DNA of 64,000 bases from an uncultured Collinsella sp. (GCA_905208635.1 CAJLPX010000006.1:20499-84498); one strand, 5' to 3'; positions 1-8,932 are shown, counted from the stretch's first letter. Numbers and translations: made by a program. Notes: a model not told the origin generated them from the letters alone.

Positions 1-1
1 A

Positions 2-568
2 TACGTGTATCAGGGTGAGGAGCTCGGCCTTTTTGAGGTGGCTGACATCCCGTGGGCTGCACTCGAAGATCCCACTGCGACCAATACGCACGGACCGAAG
101 CGCGAGAAGGGGCGCGACGGCTGTCGTGTGCCCCTGCCGTGGGTGGCAGCGGACGATCCCGCGCAGGGCGGATCGTTTGGGTTTTCACCGGCGGACGCCG
201 ATGCGGCGCCCCATCTGCCACAGCCTGCATGGTTTTCCGATTACGCTGCCGATAGGGAAGAAGCGGACCCGGCATCGATGCTTGCGTTCTATCGCGACGC
301 CCTCTGGCTGCGGCGCAAGCTGCGCGGGTGCGCCAACGATCTTGCGTGGCTCGATCTTGACGGGTGCACCGGCCTTGCGGATGGTGCCGAGGGCGCTGAG
401 GGCGGCGTCATCGCCTATCGCCGCGACAACGGCTGGGCGTGTGTGACGAACTTCGGTGCAGCACCCGTGGAGCTGCCGGCGGGTAGGGTCCTGCTCACCT
501 CATCACCGCTTGCAGATGGCAGGCTCGCGCAGGACAGCTCTGCCTGGATCATGCTCGCTGAGTTGTAG
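2..568 (+). CDS. C-terminal part of a GH13 alpha-glucosidase / oligo-1,6-glucosidase-like enzyme (5' end lies outside the window)
   Basis: The frame is open from the window edge. The translation begins ..YQGEELGL.., a conserved GH13 block, and continues into a C-terminal tail. Stop at 566-568. Confidence 0.6.
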   Translation, partial: YVYQGEELGLFEVADIPWAALEDPTATNTHGPKREKGRDGCRVPLPWVAADDPAQGGSFGFSPADADAAPHLPQPAWFSDYAADREEADPASMLAFYRDALWLRRKLRGCANDLAWLDLDGCTGLADGAEGAEGGVIAYRRDNGWACVTNFGAAPVELPAGRVLLTSSPLADGRLAQDSSAWIMLAEL

Positions 569-669
569 GGGGCCTCTTGCGGCGAGCTTGCGTTTGCCTA
601 CACCTTCCGTGGTGGCTGATGTCTTCGCGAGGTTCGCGAGGGCGTCGCAAAACTTTTCAAAAAAAGTTC

Positions 670-698
670 TTGCATTTGGGTGGATCATCCCGTATATT
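670..698 (+). promoter_or_regulatory. Sigma70-type promoter for the tRNA-Gly/tRNA-Val pair
   Basis: TTGCAT (670-675), 17-nt spacer, TATATT (693-698). The -10 ends 12 nt before the tRNA 5' end. Confidence 0.45.
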
Positions 699-710
699 AA
701 ATCCTCGCAG

Positions 711-786
711 GCGGACATGGCTCAGTTGGTAGAGCACAACCTTGCCAAGGTTGGGGTCGCGGGTTCGAGCCCCGTTGTCCGCTCCA
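711..786 (+). tRNA. tRNA-Gly (anticodon GCC), CCA encoded
   Basis: Hand-folded cloverleaf of 76 nt: acceptor GCGGACA/TGTCCGC, D arm GCTC..GAGC, anticodon arm CAACC-TTGCCAA-GGTTG, T arm GCGGG-TTCGAGC-CCCGT, 3' TCCA. Confidence 0.95.
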
Positions 787-789
787 TTT

Positions 790-864
790 GGGCGTTTAGC
801 TCAGGGGGAGAGCGCTTCCCTGACACGGAAGAGGTCAGAAGTTCAAATCTTCTAACGCCCACCA
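790..864 (+). tRNA. tRNA-Val (anticodon GAC), CCA encoded
   Basis: Hand-folded cloverleaf of 75 nt: acceptor GGGCGTT/AACGCCC, anticodon arm CTTCC-CTGACAC-GGAAG, T arm AGAAG-TTCAAAT-CTTCT, 3' ACCA. Confidence 0.95.
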
Positions 865-872
865 AATGTTCG

Positions 873-908
873 CAGCCCAGAGGCATCGCCTCTGGGCTGT
901 TTTGTTTT
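873..908 (+). terminator. Rho-independent terminator after the tRNA pair
   Basis: Perfect 11-bp stem CAGCCCAGAGG/CCTCTGGGCTG with a 5-nt loop, followed by TTTTGTTTT. Confidence 0.8.
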
Positions 909-1271
909 ACGTCGCCAAATGGGTCGCCAAATACGTCACCAAATATCGAGTTTTTGATCTTCCGGAATGCTTCTCAGTAGTCATCCGAGAAAACTCCCAT
1001 CTTCTCCGTTTGCATGCACATATCTTTCAAGGATTCGTGCCGCGGTTGCATGGAGCTCGGCAAGGCACGACCGCAACATGTTGGTCAAGCATAATCTTTT
1101 GGATTCTTTTGGCGTGAGCGGCTTGGTTTTGGTAGGATTTGTCAGCGGCTTGACTAAGGGGGTTTTATAACTGCCATGCAGGTAGCCGTGTTGGTAACGT
1201 TTTACCGACTTGTCAAATACCCCTCATTTTTAATGCGTCTGCAAAATGACCAATTGCTTTGACCTGCTGAA

Positions 1272-1287
1272 ACACTATATGTTGTGT
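1272..1287 (+). promoter_or_regulatory. NrdR-box-like operator upstream of nrdD
   Basis: ACACTATATGTTGTGT resembles the 16-bp NrdR palindrome (acaCwAtATaTwGtgt). It lies about 260 nt upstream of nrdD. Only a weak second box is present (1306-1321). Confidence 0.55.
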
Positions 1288-1544
1288 TTGACCTAAAAAA
1301 AGAATACAGGATATAGATGCTTCTTTGTCGTATGATAGATGGCGGACAGAGAACGAAGACCTTAACTGCCTCTTTTGAACGTGTCCTTGAACCGCTTGAT
1401 TGGCTCTAGGGAATGTCCGCATGGAGGCTTATGGTTTATCGAGAACACAGATTGCGCGACGGCGCCGCAAGGCAGGGGCAAGCCCTGCCGGGCATCGTTT
1501 GGCTCTGAAGCGCAATGAGGCTACGACGCGAAAGAGGCAAGAGG

Positions 1545-3767
1545 ATGAAGATCATCAAGCGCAGCGGCACCGAGGTTGTCTTTGACATCGATAAGATCGT
1601 CAATGCCATCCGCGCCGCAAACTTGGAGGTCGAGGAGAGCTCTCGTCTTACCGACCGCCAGGTGGTTTATGCGGCGCAAAACGTCGCCGAGGCATGCGAG
1701 AACGCGGGCCACACCGTTTCGGTCGAGGAGATCCAGGATTTGGTCGAGGACGAAATCATGCGTCTCGACTGCTACGAGGTCGCCCGCCACTACATCATCT
1801 ATCGCTATGTTCAGAGCCTGAAGCGCCAGAAGAACACGACCGACGACAAGATTCTGTCGCTGATCGAGTGCAATAACGAAGAGGTCAAGCAGGAGAACTC
1901 TAACAAGAACCCGACCGTCAATTCCGTCCAGCGCGACTATATGGCCGGCGAGATTTCAAAGGATCTGACTCAGCGTGTGCTGCTGCCCCAGGAGATCGTG
2001 GATGCCCACAATGAGGGCCTGATCCACTTCCACGATTCTGACTACTTTGCCCAGCACATGCATAACTGCGACCTGGTGAACCTGGAGGACATGCTCCAGA
2101 ACGGCACCGTTATCTCGGGCACGCTGATCGAGAAGCCGCACAGCTTCTCGACTGCCTGCAACATCGCGACGCAGATTATCGCCCAGGTTGCTTCCTCCCA
2201 GTACGGCGGCCAGTCTATTTCGCTGACCCATCTTGCCCCGTTTGTTGAGGTGAGCCGTCAAAAGATTCGCGGCGAGGTCGCTCGCGAGCTTGAGGAGCTC
2301 GGCGTCTCTGCGTCTGCCGAGAAGGTCCGTGAGGTCGTTGAGGACCGCCTGCGCGATGAGATCCGTCGCGGCGTCCAGACGATTCAGTATCAGGTCGTGA
2401 CCCTTATGACCACGAATGGCCAGGCGCCGTTCGTGACGGTCTTTATGTATCTCAATGAGGCCCGTACGCCCCAGGAGAAGCACGACCTTGCCATGATCGT
2501 GGAGGAGACGCTTCGTCAGCGCTATGAGGGCGTTAAGAACGAGGCCGGCGTGTGGATTACCCCGGCATTCCCCAAGCTTATCTATGTACTCGAGGACGAT
2601 AACGTTCACGAGAATTCCCCGTACTTCTACCTGACCCAGCTGGCTGCCAAGTGCACCGCCAAGCGCATGGTGCCCGACTACATCTCCGAGAAGAAGATGC
2701 GCGAGCTCAAGCTGTCTAAGGGCGAGACCGCCGGCAACGGCGATTGCTACACCTGCATGGGTTGCCGCAGCTTCTTGACGCCCGACCGCTCGGGCAACGG
2801 CTTTAACAATGTCGCCAACGCGCTGAACTATGACCCGACCAAACCTAAGTACTATGGCCGCTTTAACCAGGGTGTTGTGACCATCAACCTGCCCGATGTC
2901 GCGCTGAGCTCGCATCAGGACATGGACAAGTTCTGGAAGATCTTCGACGAGCGCCTTGAGCTGTGCCACCGCGCCCTGCTGTGCCGTCATGAGCGCCTGA
3001 TGGGTACGCTTTCTGACGCTGCACCGATTTTGTGGCAGTACGGCGCCCTCGCTCGTCTGAAGAAGGGCGAGACGATCGATAAGCTGCTCGTGGGCGGATA
3101 CTCCACCATCAGCCTGGGATATGCCGGCCTGTATGAGTGCGTCAAGTACATGACGGGTCACAGCCACACCGAGAAGGAGGGCACGCCGTTTGCCATGGCC
3201 GTCATGCAGCGCATGAACGACAAGTGCGCCGAGTGGAAGGCCGAAAGCGATATCGACTTCTCGCTGTATGGCACCCCGCTTGAGTCGACGACCTACAAGT
3301 TCGCCAAGTGCCTGCAGCGTCGTTTTGGCATTATTCCGGGTGTGACGGACAAGGGCTACATTACCAACAGCTATCACGTCCACGTGTCCGAGGAGATTGA
3401 TGCTTTCGACAAGCTTAAGTTTGAGGGCATGTTTCAGCAGCTTTCGCCGGGCGGTGCTATCTCCTACGTTGAGGTTCCCAACATGCAGGACAACCTCAAG
3501 GCTGTCATTCGCGTGATGCAGTACATCTACGACAACATCATGTACGCCGAGCTCAACACCAAGAGCGACTACTGCCAGGTGTGCGGCTACGATGGCGAGA
3601 TCAAGATTGTTGAGGACGATGGCAAGCTGGTGTGGGAGTGCCCCAACTGCGGCAACCGAGACCAGGAGAAGATGAACGTCGCTCGTCGTACGTGCGGCTA
3701 CATCGGTACCCAATTCTGGAACCAGGGTCGAACCGAGGAGATCCGCGACCGCGTGCTGCATCTCTAA
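1545..3767 (+). CDS. nrdD: Anaerobic ribonucleoside-triphosphate reductase (class III RNR)
   Basis: N-terminal ATP-cone (MKIIKRSGTEVVFDIDKI..), C-terminal Zn ribbon (CQVCG..CPNCG) and glycyl-radical motif RRTCGYIG. Start moved to ATG 1545 behind AGAGG. The track ORF starts at 1515. Confidence 0.95.
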   Translation: MKIIKRSGTEVVFDIDKIVNAIRAANLEVEESSRLTDRQVVYAAQNVAEACENAGHTVSVEEIQDLVEDEIMRLDCYEVARHYIIYRYVQSLKRQKNTTDDKILSLIECNNEEVKQENSNKNPTVNSVQRDYMAGEISKDLTQRVLLPQEIVDAHNEGLIHFHDSDYFAQHMHNCDLVNLEDMLQNGTVISGTLIEKPHSFSTACNIATQIIAQVASSQYGGQSISLTHLAPFVEVSRQKIRGEVARELEELGVSASAEKVREVVEDRLRDEIRRGVQTIQYQVVTLMTTNGQAPFVTVFMYLNEARTPQEKHDLAMIVEETLRQRYEGVKNEAGVWITPAFPKLIYVLEDDNVHENSPYFYLTQLAAKCTAKRMVPDYISEKKMRELKLSKGETAGNGDCYTCMGCRSFLTPDRSGNGFNNVANALNYDPTKPKYYGRFNQGVVTINLPDVALSSHQDMDKFWKIFDERLELCHRALLCRHERLMGTLSDAAPILWQYGALARLKKGETIDKLLVGGYSTISLGYAGLYECVKYMTGHSHTEKEGTPFAMAVMQRMNDKCAEWKAESDIDFSLYGTPLESTTYKFAKCLQRRFGIIPGVTDKGYITNSYHVHVSEEIDAFDKLKFEGMFQQLSPGGAISYVEVPNMQDNLKAVIRVMQYIYDNIMYAELNTKSDYCQVCGYDGEIKIVEDDGKLVWECPNCGNRDQEKMNVARRTCGYIGTQFWNQGRTEEIRDRVLHL

Positions 3768-3780
3768 TAACCATCCCAGG

Positions 3781-3914
3781 CTGCCCCGTAGCGAGGCCCC
3801 GGACCTTTACTCGCTATTTCGGACAGTCCTGGCTCACGACGGAGGCGCCACTGGCGCCTCCTGTTCGTGCGGAACTCATATCGAGCAAAGGTCCAGGCCC
3901 TCGCTACGGGGCAG
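3781..3914. repeat. 134-nt inverted-repeat structure in the nrdD-nrdG spacer
   Basis: 28-nt arms at 3781-3808 and 3887-3914 are complementary at 26/28. They enclose a 9-bp hairpin GGAGGCGCC-ACT-GGCGCCTCC (3841-3861). Confidence 0.8.
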
Positions 3915-4193
3915 CCGAGCTAACGTAGCTGAGATGCAGCACACAGCCTGCTCACTCCTCGAAGTTCTTAGCGGAAATGAGTTGACCTGCGACAACGGTC
4001 TGCTTGCGATAACGGTTGAGCTGCAGCATTGTTTTTATTGGACCTCGAACCCTATACTCGATGTTCGCTGAGTTCATTGAGTATCGCTCGCGAGGGGTCT
4101 GGAGTATATCGTCCCGCCCGCAGTTTCGCAGGCCGCAGGCCGAGAATGTTTGAGGACGGGACGATATGTCCCGGCCTCCCGGGAGAGTTACCT

Positions 4194-4775
4194 ATGAACT
4201 ACGCGAACATTAAGTATTTCGACATTGCTGATGGAGAAGGCGTTCGTACTTCTCTGTTTGTGAGTGGGTGCCGTCGTGGGTGCAAGAACTGCTTTAACTC
4301 TGTCGCGTGGGACTTTGCTGCGGGCGAGCCGTTTGATCGCACCGTCGAGGACAAGATTATCGAGAGCCTCGACCATCCCTTTATTGATGGCCTGACGATT
4401 CTGGGCGGGGAGCCCATGGAGCCCGAGAATCAGGCTGGGCTCGTTGATTTTGTCGAGCGTGTTCGCGCGGCCTATCCAGTGGGGTCGGGGAAGACTATTT
4501 GGTGCTTTACTGGCGACGTACTCGAGGAGCTTATGCCGGGCGGTCGTCATCATACCGAGGTGACGGACCGCATCCTTGCCTGCCTCGACATGTTGGTGGA
4601 CGGCCCGTTTGTTCAGGACCTGTACGATATCACGCTGCGCTTTAGGGGCTCGAGCAACCAGCGCGTGATCGATATGAACGCTACGCGCGCCCGTGCTGAG
4701 CGCGAGGGCATTGCGCTTTGTGATGCGGTTGAACTTTGGCGTGATGATCCGGTCTATTCGACCCATACTATGTAG
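4194..4775 (+). CDS. nrdG: Anaerobic RNR activating protein (radical SAM)
   Basis: MNYANIKYFDIADGEGVRTSLFVSGCRRGCKNCFN carries the CX3CX2C motif. Start ATG 4194 sits behind GGGAGAG. The track ORF start at 4029 is an upstream extension. Confidence 0.9.
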   Translation: MNYANIKYFDIADGEGVRTSLFVSGCRRGCKNCFNSVAWDFAAGEPFDRTVEDKIIESLDHPFIDGLTILGGEPMEPENQAGLVDFVERVRAAYPVGSGKTIWCFTGDVLEELMPGGRHHTEVTDRILACLDMLVDGPFVQDLYDITLRFRGSSNQRVIDMNATRARAEREGIALCDAVELWRDDPVYSTHTM

Positions 4776-4841
4776 CTTGTGGTCGATGCCGGAGGGCGTG
4801 GTACCATAGCGCGAACGTGAAATCGGAAAAGTGAGGCCCAG

Positions 4842-5399
4842 ATGGTCGATCAGGAAAAAGTCGAGGCCGCCATTAAGCTGTTGCTTGAGGGCATAGGCGA
4901 GGACCCAACTCGTGAGGGCCTGCTGGAGACCCCGGCGCGCGTTGCCCGTATGTATGGTGAGATTGCCGGCGGTATGGACCAGAGTGCCGAGGAACACCTG
5001 TCCAAAACCTTTGCCGTCGCTTCGAACGATTTGGTTATCGAGCGCGATATCACGTTTTACTCGCTGTGCGAGCATCATCTGCTGCCGTTTTACGGCAAAG
5101 CTGCCATCGGCTATATCCCTAACGGTCGCGTGGCTGGACTCTCCAAGCTTGCCCGCACGGTTGAGGTTTATGCCCGCCGTCTGCAGCTGCAGGAGCAACT
5201 GTGTGCACAGGTTGCCGATGCCCTCATGGATTATCTCGCTCCCCAGGGAGCGATTGTGCTGATGGAAGCCGAGCACATGTGCATGACCATGCGCGGCGTG
5301 CAAAAGCCCGGCACCAAGACCGTGACGCTCGCTCGTCGCGGCGTCTTTGAGACCGATCCCGCGCTCGAGGAGCGGTTCTTTAGGATGCTGGGCCGCTAA
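4842..5399 (+). CDS. folE: GTP cyclohydrolase I
   Basis: Typical FolE blocks: [38 protein letters not shown]-like LQLQEQL. Confidence 0.95.
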   Translation: MVDQEKVEAAIKLLLEGIGEDPTREGLLETPARVARMYGEIAGGMDQSAEEHLSKTFAVASNDLVIERDITFYSLCEHHLLPFYGKAAIGYIPNGRVAGLSKLARTVEVYARRLQLQEQLCAQVADALMDYLAPQGAIVLMEAEHMCMTMRGVQKPGTKTVTLARRGVFETDPALEERFFRMLGR

Positions 5400-5401
5400 C
5401 C

Positions 5402-5983
5402 ATGAGAGTCGTCAACGACTTTACATCGAAGACCGATGAGGGGACGTCGCGTCGCGGCTTTATGGCTTCGGGCCTGGCTCCCTTTGGCGCCATGCCTCGC
5501 ATTGATTACATTTGTGCCAACGGGCTGTTCCGGCGGCACCTGGGCAACATTGCACAGTTGGAATCGGGGCGCATCTTTTGCCGCCACGGTATTGACCATC
5601 TGCTGGATGTCGCGCGCATTATGTGGATTAAGAATCTTGAGGAACAGCTCGAATTTGACCGCGAGGTCATCTATGCCACGGCACTTCTCCACGATATCGG
5701 CAAAGATGAACAGTATGAATCGGGTATATCCCATGATGTTGCAAGCGAACGCGTCGCTGATGCGATTCTCGGCGGCATGCCCGATGACGTGGCGTTTGAG
5801 CCGGTCGATGCCGCAGCCATTAAGACGGCCATTCTGGGCCATCGAAAGCTGCGCGTGAACAGCCAACCGCTTGAGCGCCTGCTCTATGCAGCCGACAAAG
5901 CGTCGCGCGCCTGCTTTGCATGCCCCGCGCGCAATGCTTGCAACTGGAGCGATGATAAAAAGAACCTGTCGATTCGCGTGTAG
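5402..5983 (+). CDS. HD-domain metal-dependent phosphohydrolase, embedded in the pterin cluster
   Basis: Contains H..HLLDV and ALLHDIGK HD signatures and a C-terminal CFACPARNAC cysteine cluster. It starts 2 nt after the folE stop. Confidence 0.7.
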   Translation: MRVVNDFTSKTDEGTSRRGFMASGLAPFGAMPRIDYICANGLFRRHLGNIAQLESGRIFCRHGIDHLLDVARIMWIKNLEEQLEFDREVIYATALLHDIGKDEQYESGISHDVASERVADAILGGMPDDVAFEPVDAAAIKTAILGHRKLRVNSQPLERLLYAADKASRACFACPARNACNWSDDKKNLSIRV

Positions 5984-6026
5984 TTAGTTTGCGCGGTCGG
6001 GGTTCTAAACGAAGGAGACGATCGCG

Positions 6027-6512
6027 ATGAGTAACAAGAAACTGCCCGAGAATGCAACCAGGACTGAAGGCGCCGAGCTCGCTCGCCGTGGAAGGGGCGA
6101 AATATCCACCGCAACGGCGGTACCCCACGTGAGCTATGACGATCTTCGCCATGCCGATCGCATTACTATCGACGGTCTCGAGGTCTTTGCCAACCACGGC
6201 GTGTATCCCGAAGAGAACGCGCTGGGCCAGAAGTTCATCGTGTCCCTGGTGCTCTATGCCGACCTGCGCGCAGCGGGGGAGCACGATAACCTGGACGCCT
6301 CGATTGACTATGGCACGGTGTGCCACGATGTCGATGGCTATCTGCGCGAGCACACGTTTAAGCTCATCGAGGCTGCAGCCGAGGGTGTGGCCCAGATGCT
6401 GCTGCGTCGTTACCCCCTGCTGCTTGGTGTGCGCGTTAAGCTCGATAAGCCTTGGGCGCCCGTCGGTCTTCCCCTGGCAAGCTGCGGCGTCGAGATCGAG
6501 CGCGTGCGCTAA
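6027..6512 (+). CDS. folB: Dihydroneopterin aldolase, with an N-terminal extension of about 40 aa
   Basis: Core IDGLEVFANHGVYPEENALGQKFIVSL..DNLDASIDYG matches the FolB fold signature. Confidence 0.85.
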   Translation: MSNKKLPENATRTEGAELARRGRGEISTATAVPHVSYDDLRHADRITIDGLEVFANHGVYPEENALGQKFIVSLVLYADLRAAGEHDNLDASIDYGTVCHDVDGYLREHTFKLIEAAAEGVAQMLLRRYPLLLGVRVKLDKPWAPVGLPLASCGVEIERVR

Positions 6513-6518
6513 CCGGCC

Positions 6519-7358
6519 CTACAGCTCGTTGGCAGGCGGTTTTTTGAGCCGCTGCGACAGAGCTCTATTGTCGGGGCAGTACGTGTCGAGCAGGGCGTGG
6601 AACCGCTGGTTGTGGCTTGGCTCGAGCAAGTGAACGAGCTCGTGGGCGACAACCATGTCGAGGCATTCGACGGGGTAGGCGGCGAGCTCGCGCGCGATGC
6701 GAATGGCGCCGGTTTTGGGCGTGCAGGAACCCCAACGCGTTTTCATACTGCGCACGGAGACGCGGGCCACGGTGACGCCCATTGCGATTTCGTACGCGTG
6801 CACGATGTCGCGTAGCGCTGCGGTGACCTCGGATGCATAGAGTTGGTCGATGCGGGTCTGGAGTTCTTTGGGCGTTAGGCCGTCAAGGGCTGTGCACTGC
6901 TTTGCCTGCGCGCGCCCACTTGGCTCGTCGGCACCCATAAAACTTGCGAAGGTGGCCTGCTTGGGCCGCGGTGCGGGTGATGCAAAGTTGTGATCGAGTG
7001 CATCCTGTACCGTGATGGGCTTGCCCCAAAGTGCAATGATGGACGAGGGGCTGAGCGGCTCTCGCGCCGTTGCCTGACGTTGCTCGCGCTGGGCAAGTCG
7101 GCTGATAATCCAGGCACTGTTGCGCTTCACAAACGCTTCGATACGCTCGCGGCTGGCGCCGAGCGGTGCGCTGGCGTGGACCTCACCGCTCGATGTGACA
7201 CGTAGGTTGAAGTTCTTGACGCGCTTTTTGGTAACGACGACGGGGATGGGTGTCCCATCCGGTCGGGATACGGAAAACGTAAACTGCTGCGTCAAAAGCG
7301 GTCCTTCAGATTGGGGACGGGCCGGCATGTCGACCGTTCGGCATGCCGGCCTGCTCAA
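6519..7358 (-). CDS. YgjP/DUF45-like (M48-related) zinc metallohydrolase
   Basis: HELVHLLEPSH (HExxH) lies near the C-terminus, with an N-terminal KKRVKNFNLRV block. The exact start is uncertain. Confidence 0.6.
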   Translation of the reverse strand: MSRPACRTVDMPARPQSEGPLLTQQFTFSVSRPDGTPIPVVVTKKRVKNFNLRVTSSGEVHASAPLGASRERIEAFVKRNSAWIISRLAQREQRQATAREPLSPSSIIALWGKPITVQDALDHNFASPAPRPKQATFASFMGADEPSGRAQAKQCTALDGLTPKELQTRIDQLYASEVTAALRDIVHAYEIAMGVTVARVSVRSMKTRWGSCTPKTGAIRIARELAAYPVECLDMVVAHELVHLLEPSHNQRFHALLDTYCPDNRALSQRLKKPPANEL

Positions 7359-7369
7359 GGGATGTGAAA

Positions 7370-8383
7370 TTAATAACGCTCAAAGAAGGCAAGCGCGTTG
7401 TCGCTGCAGAGCTTCTGCATCACGGTCTTGCCGAAGTGCTTGGAGAGCATGTTCTGGAACTCGGGCATCTTGCTGGCATCGGAGAGGAAGGCGGGCACAG
7501 TTGCGCCGTCCCAGTCGCCGCCGAGCGCGATGACGTCCTCGCCACCCAGGTCGAGCCAGTGCTCGATATGTGCCGCTAGCTGGTCGAAGGTGACGTCTGC
7601 GGCGGTTTTGTCGGTTGCGTCGTTGGAAAGGAACTCGCTGCAGTAGTTGAGGCCGACGATGCCACCCATGTCGCGAATGGTACAGAACTGGTCGTCGGTG
7701 AGGTTGCGTTTGACGCCGCAAACCGCACGGGAGTTGGAGTGACTGGCGACGAAGGGGCGCGTGGCGTGGGCGACAACCTCGTCAAAGCACTCGTCGTTGA
7801 GGTGGGAGACGTCGAGTACCATGCCGGCGTGCTCCATCTGCGTAAGTGCCTCGATGCCGGCGGCGGTGAGGCCGGCGTGGGTATCGTGTCCGCTTGCGAG
7901 CGGCCCCTGCGCGTTCCAGCTGAGTGACGACATGAGTACGCCCAAGCTCTTGAGCACCTCGATCAGCGCGGGGTCCTCGGCAAAGAACGTGGCGTTTTCG
8001 ATGGTATGGATGCAGGCGACCTTGCCGTCTTTGAGCGCAGGGCGAATGTCTGCCGCGCTGCGTACGTTGACCATGCGGTCGTGGTTAAGCATGGCCTGGC
8101 CGCTCATGTGCGCCATGATCTGCGCCTGGAAGCGCGCGGCGTGGGCGGTGGGAATCTCGTCGGGGACAAACGTGGCGAAGCACTGTGCCCACGGCGTGTT
8201 GCCGATCTTTGCGAGCGAGATGGCGCAGGCGTTGCCCTTGATGAGGTCGAAATCTTGCGGATGCGTTTCGTCGCCGGGGAAATAACCGTCGGTGCCGGCG
8301 GTAAAGCGCAGGTCGAGATCGAGCGTGGCCCAGCCGATGCGGTCGGCGGTGTCGCAGTGTAGGTCAAATACGGGATATGCCAT
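7370..8383 (-). CDS. Membrane-dipeptidase family (peptidase M19) protein
   Basis: N-terminus MAYPVFDLHCDT, plus VSHLNDE.. and SHSNSRAV blocks. Start ATG 8383 sits behind GGAGGA. Confidence 0.8.
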   Translation of the reverse strand: MAYPVFDLHCDTADRIGWATLDLDLRFTAGTDGYFPGDETHPQDFDLIKGNACAISLAKIGNTPWAQCFATFVPDEIPTAHAARFQAQIMAHMSGQAMLNHDRMVNVRSAADIRPALKDGKVACIHTIENATFFAEDPALIEVLKSLGVLMSSLSWNAQGPLASGHDTHAGLTAAGIEALTQMEHAGMVLDVSHLNDECFDEVVAHATRPFVASHSNSRAVCGVKRNLTDDQFCTIRDMGGIVGLNYCSEFLSNDATDKTAADVTFDQLAAHIEHWLDLGGEDVIALGGDWDGATVPAFLSDASKMPEFQNMLSKHFGKTVMQKLCSDNALAFFERY

Positions 8384-8503
8384 GGTTCCTCCGGTTGCAG
8401 CGTTTCTTTGCAAACTGTCTTTGAATTGTATGACTAGGGTATAGTTAGCGCCATATGTTCATGGCGGCCCGCGTTGTGCGCCGCCCTTATCACGGAGGTT
8501 TCC

Positions 8504-8932
8504 ATGTCCAACCAGGGCAAGAAGGTCAAGACTCATTATCGCGGCACGCTCGACGACGGCACGCAATTCGATAGCTCCTACGATCGCGGCGAGCCGCTGG
8601 AGTTCACCTGCGGCGCCGGTCAGATGATCAAGGGCTTCGATGCCGCTGTTGTCGACATGCAGGTGGGCGAGAAGAAGACCGTGCACATCCCGGCCGCCGA
8701 TGCCTACGGCGAGCACAACCCCGAGATGGTCCTGACCTTCCCGGCCGAACAGGTTCCCAACATCGAGCAGATCGAGAAGGGCATGAAGCTCTTCCTGTCC
8801 ACGCCGAGCGGTATGCCCGTCCCCGCCGTGGTCATCGACGTAACGCCCGAGGCCGTGACGCTCGACGCCAACCACGAGCTGGCCGGCAAGGACCTCAACT
8901 TTGATATCGAGCTCGTCGAGGTCGAGGACTAG
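8504..8932 (+). CDS. slyD: FKBP-type peptidyl-prolyl isomerase, SlyD-like (no His-rich tail)
   Basis: KVKTHYRGTLDDGTQFDSSYDRGEPLEFTCGAGQMIKGFD plus an insert-in-flap region. Start ATG 8504 sits behind GGAGG. Confidence 0.8.
   Translation: MSNQGKKVKTHYRGTLDDGTQFDSSYDRGEPLEFTCGAGQMIKGFDAAVVDMQVGEKKTVHIPAADAYGEHNPEMVLTFPAEQVPNIEQIEKGMKLFLSTPSGMPVPAVVIDVTPEAVTLDANHELAGKDLNFDIELVEVED

Noticed and set aside
960-1140. Possible C-terminal fragment of a tyrosine integrase on the minus strand next to tRNA-Val.
   Set aside because: The resemblance is limited to a stretch of about 15 residues (..ERYVH..). No R..H..R..Y catalytic pattern could be reconstructed and the frame is broken.
1306-1321. Second NrdR box, ACAGGATATAGATGCT.
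   Set aside because: It matches the consensus at only about 10/16 positions, and the spacing to the strong box is non-canonical at 34 bp. It is mentioned in a finding but not annotated as a feature.
1956-3761. 601-aa ORF on the minus strand, opposite nrdD.
   Set aside because: It is a shadow ORF typical of high-GC DNA. It lies entirely antisense to a gene with unmistakable NrdD motifs. Its translation is low-complexity (L/A/V/G/R-rich) with no recognisable domain or SD.
4029-4193. Upstream extensions of ORFs taken from the track. Examples are nrdG from 4029, the secreted protein from 15586, pgi from 30418, the Cof phosphatase from 32208, and the M20 gene from 58902 (which would run through the L-box).
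   Set aside because: In each case an internal ATG or GTG with a good SD coincides with the start of the conserved domain or signal peptide. The extensions also cover terminators, riboswitch or promoter sequences.
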